Assembly (NCBI GenBank): GCA_031458695.1
Contig: JAVKJW010000011.1
Location: forward strand, 8,717 to 72,716
Source of the DNA: Candidatus Thermofontivivens primus
Lineage (GTDB): Bacteria; Sysuimicrobiota; Sysuimicrobiia; Sysuimicrobiales; Thermofontiviventaceae
Direction of reading: 5' to 3'
DNA length: 64,000 bases
Part shown: positions 47,703 through 58,210 of the stretch, in pieces
Numbering within the stretch: position 1 is the stretch's first letter
Layout: each line of letters begins with the position of its first letter
Program-made: the position numbers and the translations under genes
Notes under the pieces: model-generated
Told to the model about the DNA's origin: nothing
Database searches by the model: none
What the model saw: the letters and a program-made list of their open reading frames with translations, nothing else

Positions 47703-48740
47703 ATGTACGCACAGGTCCTACACGAGTGGGGCGGTGAGGTGGTCTACGAGGAGGTCTCTACACCTGTCCCTGGGGCAGGAGAAGCGCTTGTGAAGGTGGA
47801 GGCATGCGGGGTTGGCCTCACTGTGCTCAACTACATGCAAGGGAACATGGGGCGACGGCCCGAGGATCTCCCACGAATCCCAGGCCATGAGGTGGTTGGC
47901 AAGGTTGTGGAGCTTGGGGTTGGCGCGGAGGGGCTCCAAGTGGGAGACCGGGTGATGGCTTACTTCTACCTAACGTGCGGCCGCTGTGACTTCTGCCGCC
48001 TCGCTCACGAGCCTCTCTGCAGGAACTTCCAGGGCTATGTCGGCGTGGCGAGGGATGGGGGATATGCGGAATACATGACGCTTCCAGCCGCCAACCTCCT
48101 CCCTGTGCCAGACGGGGTTCCCCCTGTGGAGGCTACGGCAATCCCCGATGCCATTGCCACTCCCTTCCATGTAAGCCATCGCGCAGGGATCGGCCCCGGG
48201 GACCTCGTCGTGGTCGTGGGGGCGGGTGGAGGAGTGGGAATCCACATGGTGCAGATGGCCAGGGTCTTCGGCGCGGAGGTGATCGCCATCGACCTGGGGG
48301 AGGAGAAGCTCAGGGCCACGCGGGAGGTAGGGGCGGTCGCAGCGTTTGACTTCAGCTCTCCCGATCTCTTGGACGCCGTCCACTCCATCGCTCCTTTGGG
48401 TGTTTCCGTTGCCATCGATCTTGTGGGCAAACCGGAGACTCTCTCCTTTTGCCAGGAGATCCTAGGCCGTCGTGGTCGGATGGTGTTCCTTACGACCTTC
48501 CCAGGGATTACCACAGAAGTGAGCCCACGGCGTATGGTCCTGGAGGAGCTCACCCTCATAGGATCCAGGTACACCTCGCGGTGGGAGCTGCTGAAAGCTG
48601 CCCAGCTGGTGGCGGAGGGACGGATCAAACCCATAGTTTCGTCGGTGGTCCCGCTCGCGCGCGTGCGGGAGCTCCACGAAAGGCTTCGCGCAGGAACGCT
48701 CCTTGGCCGCGGAGCGATCGTCTTGGAGGAGGGTACATAG
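47703..48740 (+). CDS. MDR-family alcohol dehydrogenase with atypical catalytic-Zn site
   Basis: GHE and structural CGRCDFC..C present; GAGGGVG; CGVGLTV replaces the canonical CGVCxSD. Confidence 0.88.
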   Translation: MYAQVLHEWGGEVVYEEVSTPVPGAGEALVKVEACGVGLTVLNYMQGNMGRRPEDLPRIPGHEVVGKVVELGVGAEGLQVGDRVMAYFYLTCGRCDFCRLAHEPLCRNFQGYVGVARDGGYAEYMTLPAANLLPVPDGVPPVEATAIPDAIATPFHVSHRAGIGPGDLVVVVGAGGGVGIHMVQMARVFGAEVIAIDLGEEKLRATREVGAVAAFDFSSPDLLDAVHSIAPLGVSVAIDLVGKPETLSFCQEILGRRGRMVFLTTFPGITTEVSPRRMVLEELTLIGSRYTSRWELLKAAQLVAEGRIKPIVSSVVPLARVRELHERLRAGTLLGRGAIVLEEGT

Positions 48741-48764
48741 GAGGAGTTGAGGGGTGTTGGGAAG

Positions 48765-49805
48765 ATGCGCGCAATGGTGGTAGAGCGATACGGAGAGCCC
48801 TTACGCCTTGCCGAGGTACCGGTTCCCGAACCAGGACCTGGGGAGGTTTTGGTGAAAGTGATTGCTTGCGGGGTCTGCCGTTCCGACCTCAAGATCGTGG
48901 AGGGGCACATGCCTTTCTCTCCCACATTGCCCCTCCCGCACGTCCCAGGACATGAGATCTGTGGTGAGGTTGCGGCCTGCGGTGCAGGCACGACACTCCC
49001 TTTGGGACAGAGGGTCGTCGTCCATAACTACTGGTCGTGCGGTCGGTGTCGCTTTTGCCTGATGGGTGAAGAGACTCTCTGCGACCACTTGCGGGGGTGG
49101 GTCGGTTTTACCTCACCAGGCGGTTTCCAGGAATACCTCGTGGTTCCAGAAGCGCATGCTCTCCCGCTTCCCCCCGCGATCGATCCAGAGGGTGCAGGGG
49201 TTCTCTCCTGTGCCGTGGGAACAAGCTATCACGCACTCGTCTCACAGGCTAGGGTTCAACCTGGGGAGACTGTGGTCATCCTTGGAGTTGGTGGGGTTGG
49301 CCTGCACGCGGTTCAGGTAGCCAGAGTCACAGGAGCCAAAGTCATCGCGGTGGATGTGGAGGAGGCAAGGCTTGCCGCAGCGAGGGATTTGGGAGCCATG
49401 GAGGCGCTCCGTGCCGGGGGGGAAGCTGAGAAGGCAGTGCAGGAAATCACTTCGGGCATCGGGGCGGATATCGTCGTGGATTGCGTCGGTACCGCACAGA
49501 CTTTCGCTCCAGCGATTGCCATGGTCAGGAAGGGGGGACGCATTGTCGTGGTAGGGTATACTACCGACTCCCGGGGCTATCCTTCCCTTCCTACCGATCT
49601 TGTCGCTCTCCGGCAGCTCTCTATCCTGGGATCCAGGTATGTTCCACGCGTTGAGCTCGAGCGCGTCATCGACCTCGCTGGCCGGGGGCTCATCCGACCT
49701 GTGGTCTCGGAAGTCCTGGATCTCAGCCGTGCTAACGACGCCCTCGACCTTGTACGCAGGGACAGGGTTGTGGGTCGGGTGGTCTTGCGAATCGGGCAGT
49801 CGTAA
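48765..49805 (+). CDS. Zn-dependent alcohol dehydrogenase (MDR)
   Basis: CGVCRSD, GHE, CGRCRFC..C, SCA, GVGGVG. Confidence 0.93.
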   Translation: MRAMVVERYGEPLRLAEVPVPEPGPGEVLVKVIACGVCRSDLKIVEGHMPFSPTLPLPHVPGHEICGEVAACGAGTTLPLGQRVVVHNYWSCGRCRFCLMGEETLCDHLRGWVGFTSPGGFQEYLVVPEAHALPLPPAIDPEGAGVLSCAVGTSYHALVSQARVQPGETVVILGVGGVGLHAVQVARVTGAKVIAVDVEEARLAAARDLGAMEALRAGGEAEKAVQEITSGIGADIVVDCVGTAQTFAPAIAMVRKGGRIVVVGYTTDSRGYPSLPTDLVALRQLSILGSRYVPRVELERVIDLAGRGLIRPVVSEVLDLSRANDALDLVRRDRVVGRVVLRIGQS

Positions 49806-49825
49806 CCAGGGAGCTCTCAAGGGGA

Positions 49826-51046
49826 ATGTACGCAAAAGGTCCTTTCCAGGTTGATTACCAGGCACGCGTGGATTTTCAGGCCCTGCGGGCCTACCGTCTT
49901 CGGCGCGCCTGGCAGGCCATGGAGGAAGCTGGACTGGATGCGCTCCTTGTCTGGAAGGACGAGAACGTCCGCTATCTCACGAGCCTCCGGCCACAGCTCA
50001 TCGCTGGGAAGAGTGGGCTCCTCAATGGGGCCCTTTTGCTCGCAGGGAGGGAGCCAATCCTCCTCGTCTCAGGCGGGGATCACGACCGGGCATTGGCGAC
50101 AATGCCCTGGCTTCTGGATGTCCGCCCTATCCCGATCCTCGAAGAGAAAGGGCTCATAGAATACACGGTGCGCAAGGTGCTCGGAGACCTGCTTGGGCAT
50201 TACGGCCTCCGATCGAAGCGCATAGGCTATGACCTTGCCAGCGCGGTCCTCTTTGCAGCCCTGCGCGATCACTTCCCAGATGTCCAGTGGGAGGATGGCG
50301 ATACTGTGATGCAGCAAGCGCGCATGATCAAGGGCCCAGAGGAGCTTGTCCTCATCGAGGAAGCCACAGCTATGGCTGAGGCGGTGACGCAGGTAGCCAT
50401 GGATGCAGTCCAGGTAGGGCGCAGGGAGTGTGAGGTAGCGGCTGTGGCCATGGAGACCCTCTTCCGCCTAGGAGGAGAATACGCCCATGTAACCACCCCG
50501 TTCGTCAGCTCGGGGGAGAACATGTCCCCACCCACGCGCCTTGCCACCGACAAGCTCATTCGCCACGGTGACATTGTCTTCATTGACATAGGCGTCATGT
50601 GGAACGGCTACTTTGCTGACCTTGGCCGCACCGTCATCTGCGGCGAGCCTTCGACGAGGCAACGCGAGATCTACCAGGCGGTCTATGAGGCCCATATGGC
50701 TGGCATCGAGGCAATGCGGCCTGGGGCCACGAACAGGGAAGTGGCCGAGGTGATCCGGCGGAAGGCCGCTGACCACGGGCTCGCTGAGAGGTTCCTGACG
50801 CTGTTCATTGGACACGGGATCGGTGCAGGGAGCAACGAGCCTCCGTATATTGGGGAGGTCTTCCCAGGGAGCGCCGAGGTGGAACTCAGGCCAGGGATGG
50901 TCTTCGCCATGGAGCCGCTGATCTGGGTGCCGGGAGTGAAGGGAGGCGGTGGGGTTCGGCTGGAGGACATGGTGGTCATCACAGAGAAGGGGCCAAGGAG
51001 GATCAGCCGACTGCCCTACGATGCGCGCCTCCTCAGGAGGGAGTAA
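49826..51046 (+). CDS. M24 family hydrolase (second paralog)
   Basis: ENVRYLTS, FIDIG..YFADLGRT, GHGIG, AMEP, RLED. Confidence 0.9.
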   Translation: MYAKGPFQVDYQARVDFQALRAYRLRRAWQAMEEAGLDALLVWKDENVRYLTSLRPQLIAGKSGLLNGALLLAGREPILLVSGGDHDRALATMPWLLDVRPIPILEEKGLIEYTVRKVLGDLLGHYGLRSKRIGYDLASAVLFAALRDHFPDVQWEDGDTVMQQARMIKGPEELVLIEEATAMAEAVTQVAMDAVQVGRRECEVAAVAMETLFRLGGEYAHVTTPFVSSGENMSPPTRLATDKLIRHGDIVFIDIGVMWNGYFADLGRTVICGEPSTRQREIYQAVYEAHMAGIEAMRPGATNREVAEVIRRKAADHGLAERFLTLFIGHGIGAGSNEPPYIGEVFPGSAEVELRPGMVFAMEPLIWVPGVKGGGGVRLEDMVVITEKGPRRISRLPYDARLLRRE

Positions 51047-51050
51047 CTTG

Positions 51051-52397
51051 GTGGATCTTGTGATCAAGGGTGCGAAAATCGTGACGCCTGCGGGCCTCCT
51101 TGAGGGAGAGATCTATGTTCAGGAAGGGAAGATCGCAGGGATCGGGAAGCTAGGGCTTTCTGCAAAGGAGGTGATCGACGCAGGAGGCCTTCTGGCGATG
51201 CCGGGGATGGTGGATGCGCATGTCCACTTCATGGACCCGGGCGCAACGGAGCGTGAGGACTTCATCACAGGCTCAAGTGCTGCAGCTGTGGGTGGAGTCA
51301 CGACCGTCATCGAGCACACCCACGCGATGCCTGTCCGGACTGCGCAGTTCCTTCAGGAGAAGGCACGGTACCTAGGGCCACGATCCCTCGTGGATTATGG
51401 GCTTGCGGCCCATGTATGGCCTGAAGACATCGAGCACATCCAAGAGGTCTGGGAGGCTGGCGCCCTCTTCCTCAAGGCCTTTACCTGTACCACCCACGGC
51501 GTCCCAGGCCTGACTCCCAGCGATCTCCTCCGGCTGTTTCAAAAAATTTTCAGCTTCAATGGGGTCTGCCTCGTGCACTGTGAGGACGAGTGGATCACCA
51601 TGGAGGCGGAGCGTCGCCTGAAGAAGCTTGGCCGCAAGGATGGAATGGTGATCCCGGAGTGGAGGAACCGCGAGGCCGAGCTTGTGGCCGTAAACACCGT
51701 GGCCCTCTTGGCGCGCCTGACAGGTGCAAGGGTCGTCATTGCCCACGTCAGCCACCCTGCGGTCCTTGATCTCATTAGGAGGGAGCGAGTCTTGGGCGCA
51801 AACCTCTGGGCGGAGAGCTGTCCCCAGTACTTCTACCTCCTCGAGGAAGAGGTACAAGAGAAGGGGGCGTACCGGAAGTTCACGCCCCCTGCGCGAAACC
51901 GGTCTGTGGAGGATATGGAGGAGATGTGGCACCGCCTCGCGCGTGGGGAGATTTCGTATATCGCTACCGATCACGCTCCTGCGACGAAGGCTCAGAAGGA
52001 AGAGGGAGACATCTGGTCAGTCCACTTCGGCCTCCCCGGGGTAGAGACGACGTTGAGCCTGATGCTGAATGGGGTTGCTGAGGGGTATCTTTCTCTCCCA
52101 CGCCTTGTGGAGGCGGTTTGCGAGATGCCTGCCAGGGTCTATGGCTTATACCCGAAGAAAGGCACACTCCAGCCAGGTGCCGACGCGGACATCGTGCTCG
52201 TGGATCCTCAAGCTGAGCGTATTCTCACCGATTCCGAGATCGTTTCCAAGGCGGGGTGGACTCCTTATGCGGGTCGCCGCATCAAGGGGAAACCTGTGAT
52301 GACTTTCTTGCGGGGGAAGCTCATCGCCCGCGATGGGAAAGTCACAGCAGATCCTGGGATTGGCCACTTCCTCACAAGAAGCGCACCCCGCATGTAG
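51051..52397 (+). CDS. Cyclic amidohydrolase (allantoinase/dihydroorotase/hydantoinase-like)
   Basis: PGMVDAHVH, AAAVGGVTT, LK, HCED, HVS, ATDHAP, GADAD. Confidence 0.92.
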   Translation: MDLVIKGAKIVTPAGLLEGEIYVQEGKIAGIGKLGLSAKEVIDAGGLLAMPGMVDAHVHFMDPGATEREDFITGSSAAAVGGVTTVIEHTHAMPVRTAQFLQEKARYLGPRSLVDYGLAAHVWPEDIEHIQEVWEAGALFLKAFTCTTHGVPGLTPSDLLRLFQKIFSFNGVCLVHCEDEWITMEAERRLKKLGRKDGMVIPEWRNREAELVAVNTVALLARLTGARVVIAHVSHPAVLDLIRRERVLGANLWAESCPQYFYLLEEEVQEKGAYRKFTPPARNRSVEDMEEMWHRLARGEISYIATDHAPATKAQKEEGDIWSVHFGLPGVETTLSLMLNGVAEGYLSLPRLVEAVCEMPARVYGLYPKKGTLQPGADADIVLVDPQAERILTDSEIVSKAGWTPYAGRRIKGKPVMTFLRGKLIARDGKVTADPGIGHFLTRSAPRM

Positions 52398-52407
52398 GCT
52401 GCTTTTC

Positions 52408-52472
52408 TTGACACTTCCACGGCTCTCATTTACAATGAAGGTAGCCATCCCTCCCCCCTGGGGAGGGGATGG
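52408..52472 (+). promoter_or_regulatory. sigma70 promoter plus downstream C/G-tract inverted repeat
   Basis: TTGACA(52408)-17-TACAAT(52431); ccatccctcccccctggggaggggatgg just before the RBS. Confidence 0.75.
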
Positions 52473-52488
52473 AAGGAGGTGTTGGGTT

Positions 52489-52671
52489 ATGGCGAAGGAT
52501 CCGGTATGCGGGATGGAAGTCGAAGAGTCTAAGGCTGCTGCCACATCGGAATACAAAGGGGTCACTTATTACTTCTGCGCACCAGGGTGCAAGAAGGCGT
52601 TTGATCAGAACCCTGAGAAGTACATTGGGAAAGAACATGGAGGACACGGGGAGCATAGGCATCCTATGTAA
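52489..52671 (+). CDS. YHS/TRASH-domain small metal-binding protein with His-rich tail
   Basis: MAKDPVCGM..YYFCAPGCKKAF..PEKY, tail HGGHGEHRH; AAGGAGGT RBS. Confidence 0.92.
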   Translation: MAKDPVCGMEVEESKAAATSEYKGVTYYFCAPGCKKAFDQNPEKYIGKEHGGHGEHRHPM

Positions 52672-52765
52672 CCCCAGCGAAATCTCTTGTCGAGATTTTG
52701 CTGGCACCCCGTTCATTCAAGAGGGGCCCCCGGTAAAAAGCCAAAAGACTTTTGCCGGGGTACTT
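52671..52765. repeat. Dispersed palindromic repeat, tandem copies D and E
   Basis: accccagcgaaatctc-ttgtc-gagattttgctgg and cccccggtaaaaagcc-aaaa-gacttttgccggggtactt. Confidence 0.72.
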
Positions 52766-52800
52766 CGTTACACTCCACCTGTCCTCTGAGGCTCATCAGG

Positions 52801-52826
52801 AGGGGCGACGCATGCGTCGCCCCTAC
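52801..52826 (-). repeat. GTAG-type REP palindrome
   Basis: Minus strand GTAGGGGCGACGCATGCGTCGCCCCT: GTAG head plus perfect palindrome. Confidence 0.7.
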
Positions 52827-52840
52827 CATTCAGGATACCA

Positions 52841-53455
52841 ATGGGAAGTCTCCTTGCTCGCTTAACGGATCTCTCCTACGTGCTTTTGGGGCTTTTGCCA
52901 AGGAGCCTCACCTTTGTGCCGGTCACTGGTTGGGTAAAGCTCCACTACCGTCGCTTGGCAAAGCGTTATAACTCCCTCATTGTTCAATGGGAGCCCGCCT
53001 ACGGGTCACCCTTAGATCGCGGGCTCGCGGTCATTTGCTCCGAGGATACGCGCTGGATCCTCGATGTCGGAACAGGCACAGGGTATGCCGCTTCTCGTTT
53101 AGCTCAACGGTTCCCCAGGGCATGTATTGTCGGCGTGGACCTCTCCCTAGAGATGCTCAGGGAAGCACAAAAAAAGCAGCACCGCATCATCTGGATCCAA
53201 GCCCACAACAGCAGGTTACCATTTCGAGATGGGACCTTCGACTTGGCTATCGTCCATAACGCCCCTCTTGCTCTAGAAGAGCTCAAACGGGTTGTCCGTC
53301 CCAGAGGAGAGATCCTGCTTTCTCTCTCTTCCGGCGCAGCGGTCCCCTCGGTCCTTCACGAGCTCCTCCGCCGTCGCCTTGATTCCCTAGGATGTCCGGT
53401 CATCCGATGGGAGCGGGTAGGGGAGGGGTTCTTCCTCATCGCCTACCGCACTTAA
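52841..53455 (+). CDS. Class I SAM-dependent methyltransferase
   Basis: ILDVGTGTG, VGVDLSLEML, LPFRDGTFDL, RVVRPRG. Confidence 0.88.
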   Translation: MGSLLARLTDLSYVLLGLLPRSLTFVPVTGWVKLHYRRLAKRYNSLIVQWEPAYGSPLDRGLAVICSEDTRWILDVGTGTGYAASRLAQRFPRACIVGVDLSLEMLREAQKKQHRIIWIQAHNSRLPFRDGTFDLAIVHNAPLALEELKRVVRPRGEILLSLSSGAAVPSVLHELLRRRLDSLGCPVIRWERVGEGFFLIAYRT

Positions 53456-53472
53456 CCGTCACCTCTCACTGT

Positions 53473-54753
53473 TCACCGATTCCCGAGTCCGATGGGAACG
53501 ACCGCCGCCTTCACCATCCCAACAAGGGAAATGCCCACAAGGAGGAGTGCGCTAAGCCCGACCATGAACACGGTGACCATCGTGATCAGATTGAACAGAG
53601 GGGAGTTCGTGTAGTTGCCCATCAGGCGTCGATTATTGGTCAGTCGCAGCATGTACACAAGGATCACGGGGAGCAAGATGCCGTTCAGGGCCTGCGAGAG
53701 CACCATGACCGGGATCAGAGACAACCCCGGGATCAAGATGACCACGGCGCCCGTGGCGACCATCCCCGTATAGAGCCCATAGAAGACCGGTGCCTCTTTG
53801 AAAGTCCGGTCCAGGCCAGCTTCCCATCCGAATGCCTCGCACAACGAATAGGCGGTAGAGAGCGGGATGATGGCCACGGAGAAGAGGGCGGCGTTCAGAA
53901 GGCCAATCGCAAATAACCAAGAGGCATACCGTCCAGCGAGAGGGGCGAGGGCTTTCGCCGCGTCCTCGGCTGTCTGGATCGAAATCCCCTCCACGAACAG
54001 CGTCGCTGCACAGGCGACGATAATGAAGAACGCTACCACCTGCGTGGTAAGCACACCAAGGATGGTATCTGCGCGCGCGTAAGGGTAATCCCGGGTGGTA
54101 AGGCCTTTGTCCACCACAGAGGACTGTTGGTAGAACTGCATCCAAGGTGCAATGGTAGTACCTATCACAGCGATGATCATGGTCAGGTAAGCAGGGTTTG
54201 TTTCAAAAGTAGGGGTGAGCATCTCTTGGAACACGTGCTTCCATGGAGGCTTGGCGAGGATCGCGGAGATGATGTAGGTGATGTACATCAAGGAAGCGAG
54301 CAAGAACGCCCGCTCTACCTGATGATAGCGCCCCCGGAGCACCAGCAGCCAAATCAGAACTGCTGCGATTGGGATGGAGAGATACCGACTCACGCCAAAG
54401 ATCTCCAGGCTCCCTGCGATACCGGCAAAGTCCCCCACAGTGTTCGCCCAGTTGGTGATCAGGAGGGTACTCATCGCGAACACCGTTGCTCGTACCCCGA
54501 ATTGCTCTCGGATCAAGTCCGAAAGCCCCTTGCCTGTTACGGTGCCCATCCTGGCCGTCATCTCCTGGACCACGATCAGGGCGACGGTGGTGAGAAGAAG
54601 AACCCAGAGGAGCTTGTACCCGAAGGAAGCCCCAGCGATGGAGTAGATAGCGATTCCGTTGGCGTCGTTGTCCACGTTCGCCGTGATGATCCCGGGTCCC
54701 ATCACCGCCAGGAATGCTAGGATTTTTCGCCTCGACCATATCTTGCGGAACAT
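53473..54753 (-). CDS. Nramp-related divalent cation transporter (NrmT-like, probably Mg2+)
   Basis: MGPGIITANVDNDANG in place of DPGN, VQEMTARMG, IGTTIAPWMQFY. Confidence 0.88.
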   Translation of the reverse strand: MFRKIWSRRKILAFLAVMGPGIITANVDNDANGIAIYSIAGASFGYKLLWVLLLTTVALIVVQEMTARMGTVTGKGLSDLIREQFGVRATVFAMSTLLITNWANTVGDFAGIAGSLEIFGVSRYLSIPIAAVLIWLLVLRGRYHQVERAFLLASLMYITYIISAILAKPPWKHVFQEMLTPTFETNPAYLTMIIAVIGTTIAPWMQFYQQSSVVDKGLTTRDYPYARADTILGVLTTQVVAFFIIVACAATLFVEGISIQTAEDAAKALAPLAGRYASWLFAIGLLNAALFSVAIIPLSTAYSLCEAFGWEAGLDRTFKEAPVFYGLYTGMVATGAVVILIPGLSLIPVMVLSQALNGILLPVILVYMLRLTNNRRLMGNYTNSPLFNLITMVTVFMVGLSALLLVGISLVGMVKAAVVPIGLGNR

Positions 54754-54864
54754 CGCCTATTGGTCCCGTCTGTCCACATGCTCCCCTCGTGGAGATCTCC
54801 TTCTTCACGGGGAGCAAAAACCGAAAATCCCTAGAGACTTGGAAAAAGATCCCACCGGAGCTTC

Positions 54865-56133
54865 TTAGCGCCTGCGGATCCTATGGAACCTTGCGGGCAG
54901 CCGGGGCAGGTACTTCTCCAGAAGGATCTCCATGACATCGTCGATCGTGACGATGCCAAGGAGCTTTCCCTCGGCGTCCACGACTGGGATCGCCAGGAGA
55001 TCGTACTTTGCGAGAGCTCCAGCTGCCGCATCCGCCGAATCTGTATCCCGGAGGTAAATCACCTCGGTGTCCATGAGGTTCCGCAGGGGAGTCTCTGGAT
55101 TGGCTGTGATGAGCGTGCGCAAGGAGAGGACGCCCACTAAGCGTCCTTCTGCGTCAGTGACGTACAGATAGTAGAGATATTCCGCTGGTGGAGCATGCTC
55201 TCGGAGGTAGCGGATCGTGTCCTCCGCCGTGAACCACTCGGGGAGGGCAATGTACTCAGGAGTCATCTTCCCTGCAGCTGTATCCTCGGGATACTGGAGG
55301 AGCTTGCGCACAGTCGCTGCCTTCTCCTGGTCCATCTGAGCGATGAGGGTTGCCGCTGTCTCTTCAGGAAGCGTGGCGATAAGATCCGCCGCCTCATCGG
55401 GCGCCATCTCCTCAAGAATATCCGCAGCTCGGTCCGGGGAAAGGCTCTTGAGGATGCTTGCCCGCACCTCCGGCTCGGTCTCCTCCAGAACATCTGCGGC
55501 TACGGCGTCGTCGAGGTTTGCCATCACCTCGAGCTGAGCCTCCCGGCCCAGGTCCTCCACGATCTCGGCGAGATCGGCGGGGTGAATCTTCCGGAGGTTC
55601 TCCCTGGAGACCCGGAGTTTCAGGGCAGTGGGGGGGCCACTTAAGGCAGCGACCATCTGCCAGGGGATGAGCCATTCCTGCAAGGGCCTGCCCAGGCGTT
55701 CCAAGATGGCTGTGACCGGGGCTTCAAGGCCAAGCCTGCGAAGGAGCCCCCTCAAACCCACGTCCACAGCGACAAGCTGCCATGTCCCGTTGGCGCGGGC
55801 CAGCTGGAGGTCATTGACCTTGACGACTTTGAGACCGTCGATGTCTACAACTTGCTTGTCTAAGAGTTCCTCTACGAGGAGAACCTCGTCAGGCTGAAGA
55901 GGCCGCGTGGTGAGTGAGGTTCGAGGTACACTGAGGCTGATGCCGATGGGAGAGATTTCCCCCACGGCTTCTGCAGGGATAATGCCGACGCGGAGCTGAT
56001 CCCCTCGCAGCAGGATGCCAGAAAGGCGGAGAGCTTGGTCCTCCTGCTTGGCTGCGAGGTCGGCCACAGGGCCGATGACGGCTCCCGTCGCATCGGAAAC
56101 AAGCTTTCCAACGACTTGGCTAATGAAGACCAT
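54865..56133 (-). CDS. Soluble PRC-barrel / MgtE N-domain / CBS-pair protein (no MgtE membrane domain)
   Basis: LLDKQVVDIDG, IHPADLAEIVE, EEMAPDEAAD, TAAGKMTPEY, GIVTIDD. Upstream minus-strand TTGACA-17-CACAAT at 56198-56170. Confidence 0.9.
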   Translation of the reverse strand: MVFISQVVGKLVSDATGAVIGPVADLAAKQEDQALRLSGILLRGDQLRVGIIPAEAVGEISPIGISLSVPRTSLTTRPLQPDEVLLVEELLDKQVVDIDGLKVVKVNDLQLARANGTWQLVAVDVGLRGLLRRLGLEAPVTAILERLGRPLQEWLIPWQMVAALSGPPTALKLRVSRENLRKIHPADLAEIVEDLGREAQLEVMANLDDAVAADVLEETEPEVRASILKSLSPDRAADILEEMAPDEAADLIATLPEETAATLIAQMDQEKAATVRKLLQYPEDTAAGKMTPEYIALPEWFTAEDTIRYLREHAPPAEYLYYLYVTDAEGRLVGVLSLRTLITANPETPLRNLMDTEVIYLRDTDSADAAAGALAKYDLLAIPVVDAEGKLLGIVTIDDVMEILLEKYLPRLPARFHRIRRR

Positions 56134-56218
56134 GTCCCTTCTCTCATAAAACCCGGTTCACCCTCTCACATTGTGAAGGCCTACACGCCAGCTGTCAATT
56201 CCCTAGTTTGTTCTGAGA

Positions 56219-56258
56219 ATAAAACGGTGCGGGGGCGTGGCCAAGCGCCCCCGCACCG
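56219..56258 (-). terminator. Rho-independent terminator of groEL
   Basis: cggtgcgggggcg / cgcccccgcaccg stem followed by TTTTAT on the minus strand. Confidence 0.85.
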
Positions 56259-56279
56259 CCTGGGGTCTTGGCCGTTGCC

Positions 56280-57953
<1,674 letters not shown>

Positions 57954-58022
57954 TCAACGTCCTGGTGCGCAGAGACTCCTCTGGACCGCGCAGACACGAG
58001 CCTCTGCCAACTCCTGTGGGTG

Positions 58023-58049
58023 TTAGCACTCTCAGGTGGAGAGTGCTAA
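58023..58049. promoter_or_regulatory. CIRCE element (HrcA operator)
   Basis: Exact TTAGCACTC-N9-GAGTGCTAA upstream of groEL. Confidence 0.97.
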
Positions 58050-58210
58050 CCAACCTTATATTGTTCACAGGAACGGGAGGACAAGCAAGACCAAAAATAG
58101 GCAGAAACTACTATTTTTCACGAGTTAGGCTAGATTTGCTTCAAAAATTGCTAGAAATCTCCTCTTTTGACTGAAAATCTCGCTTAGAGGGTGGACGAGG
58201 AGGAGGGCGG

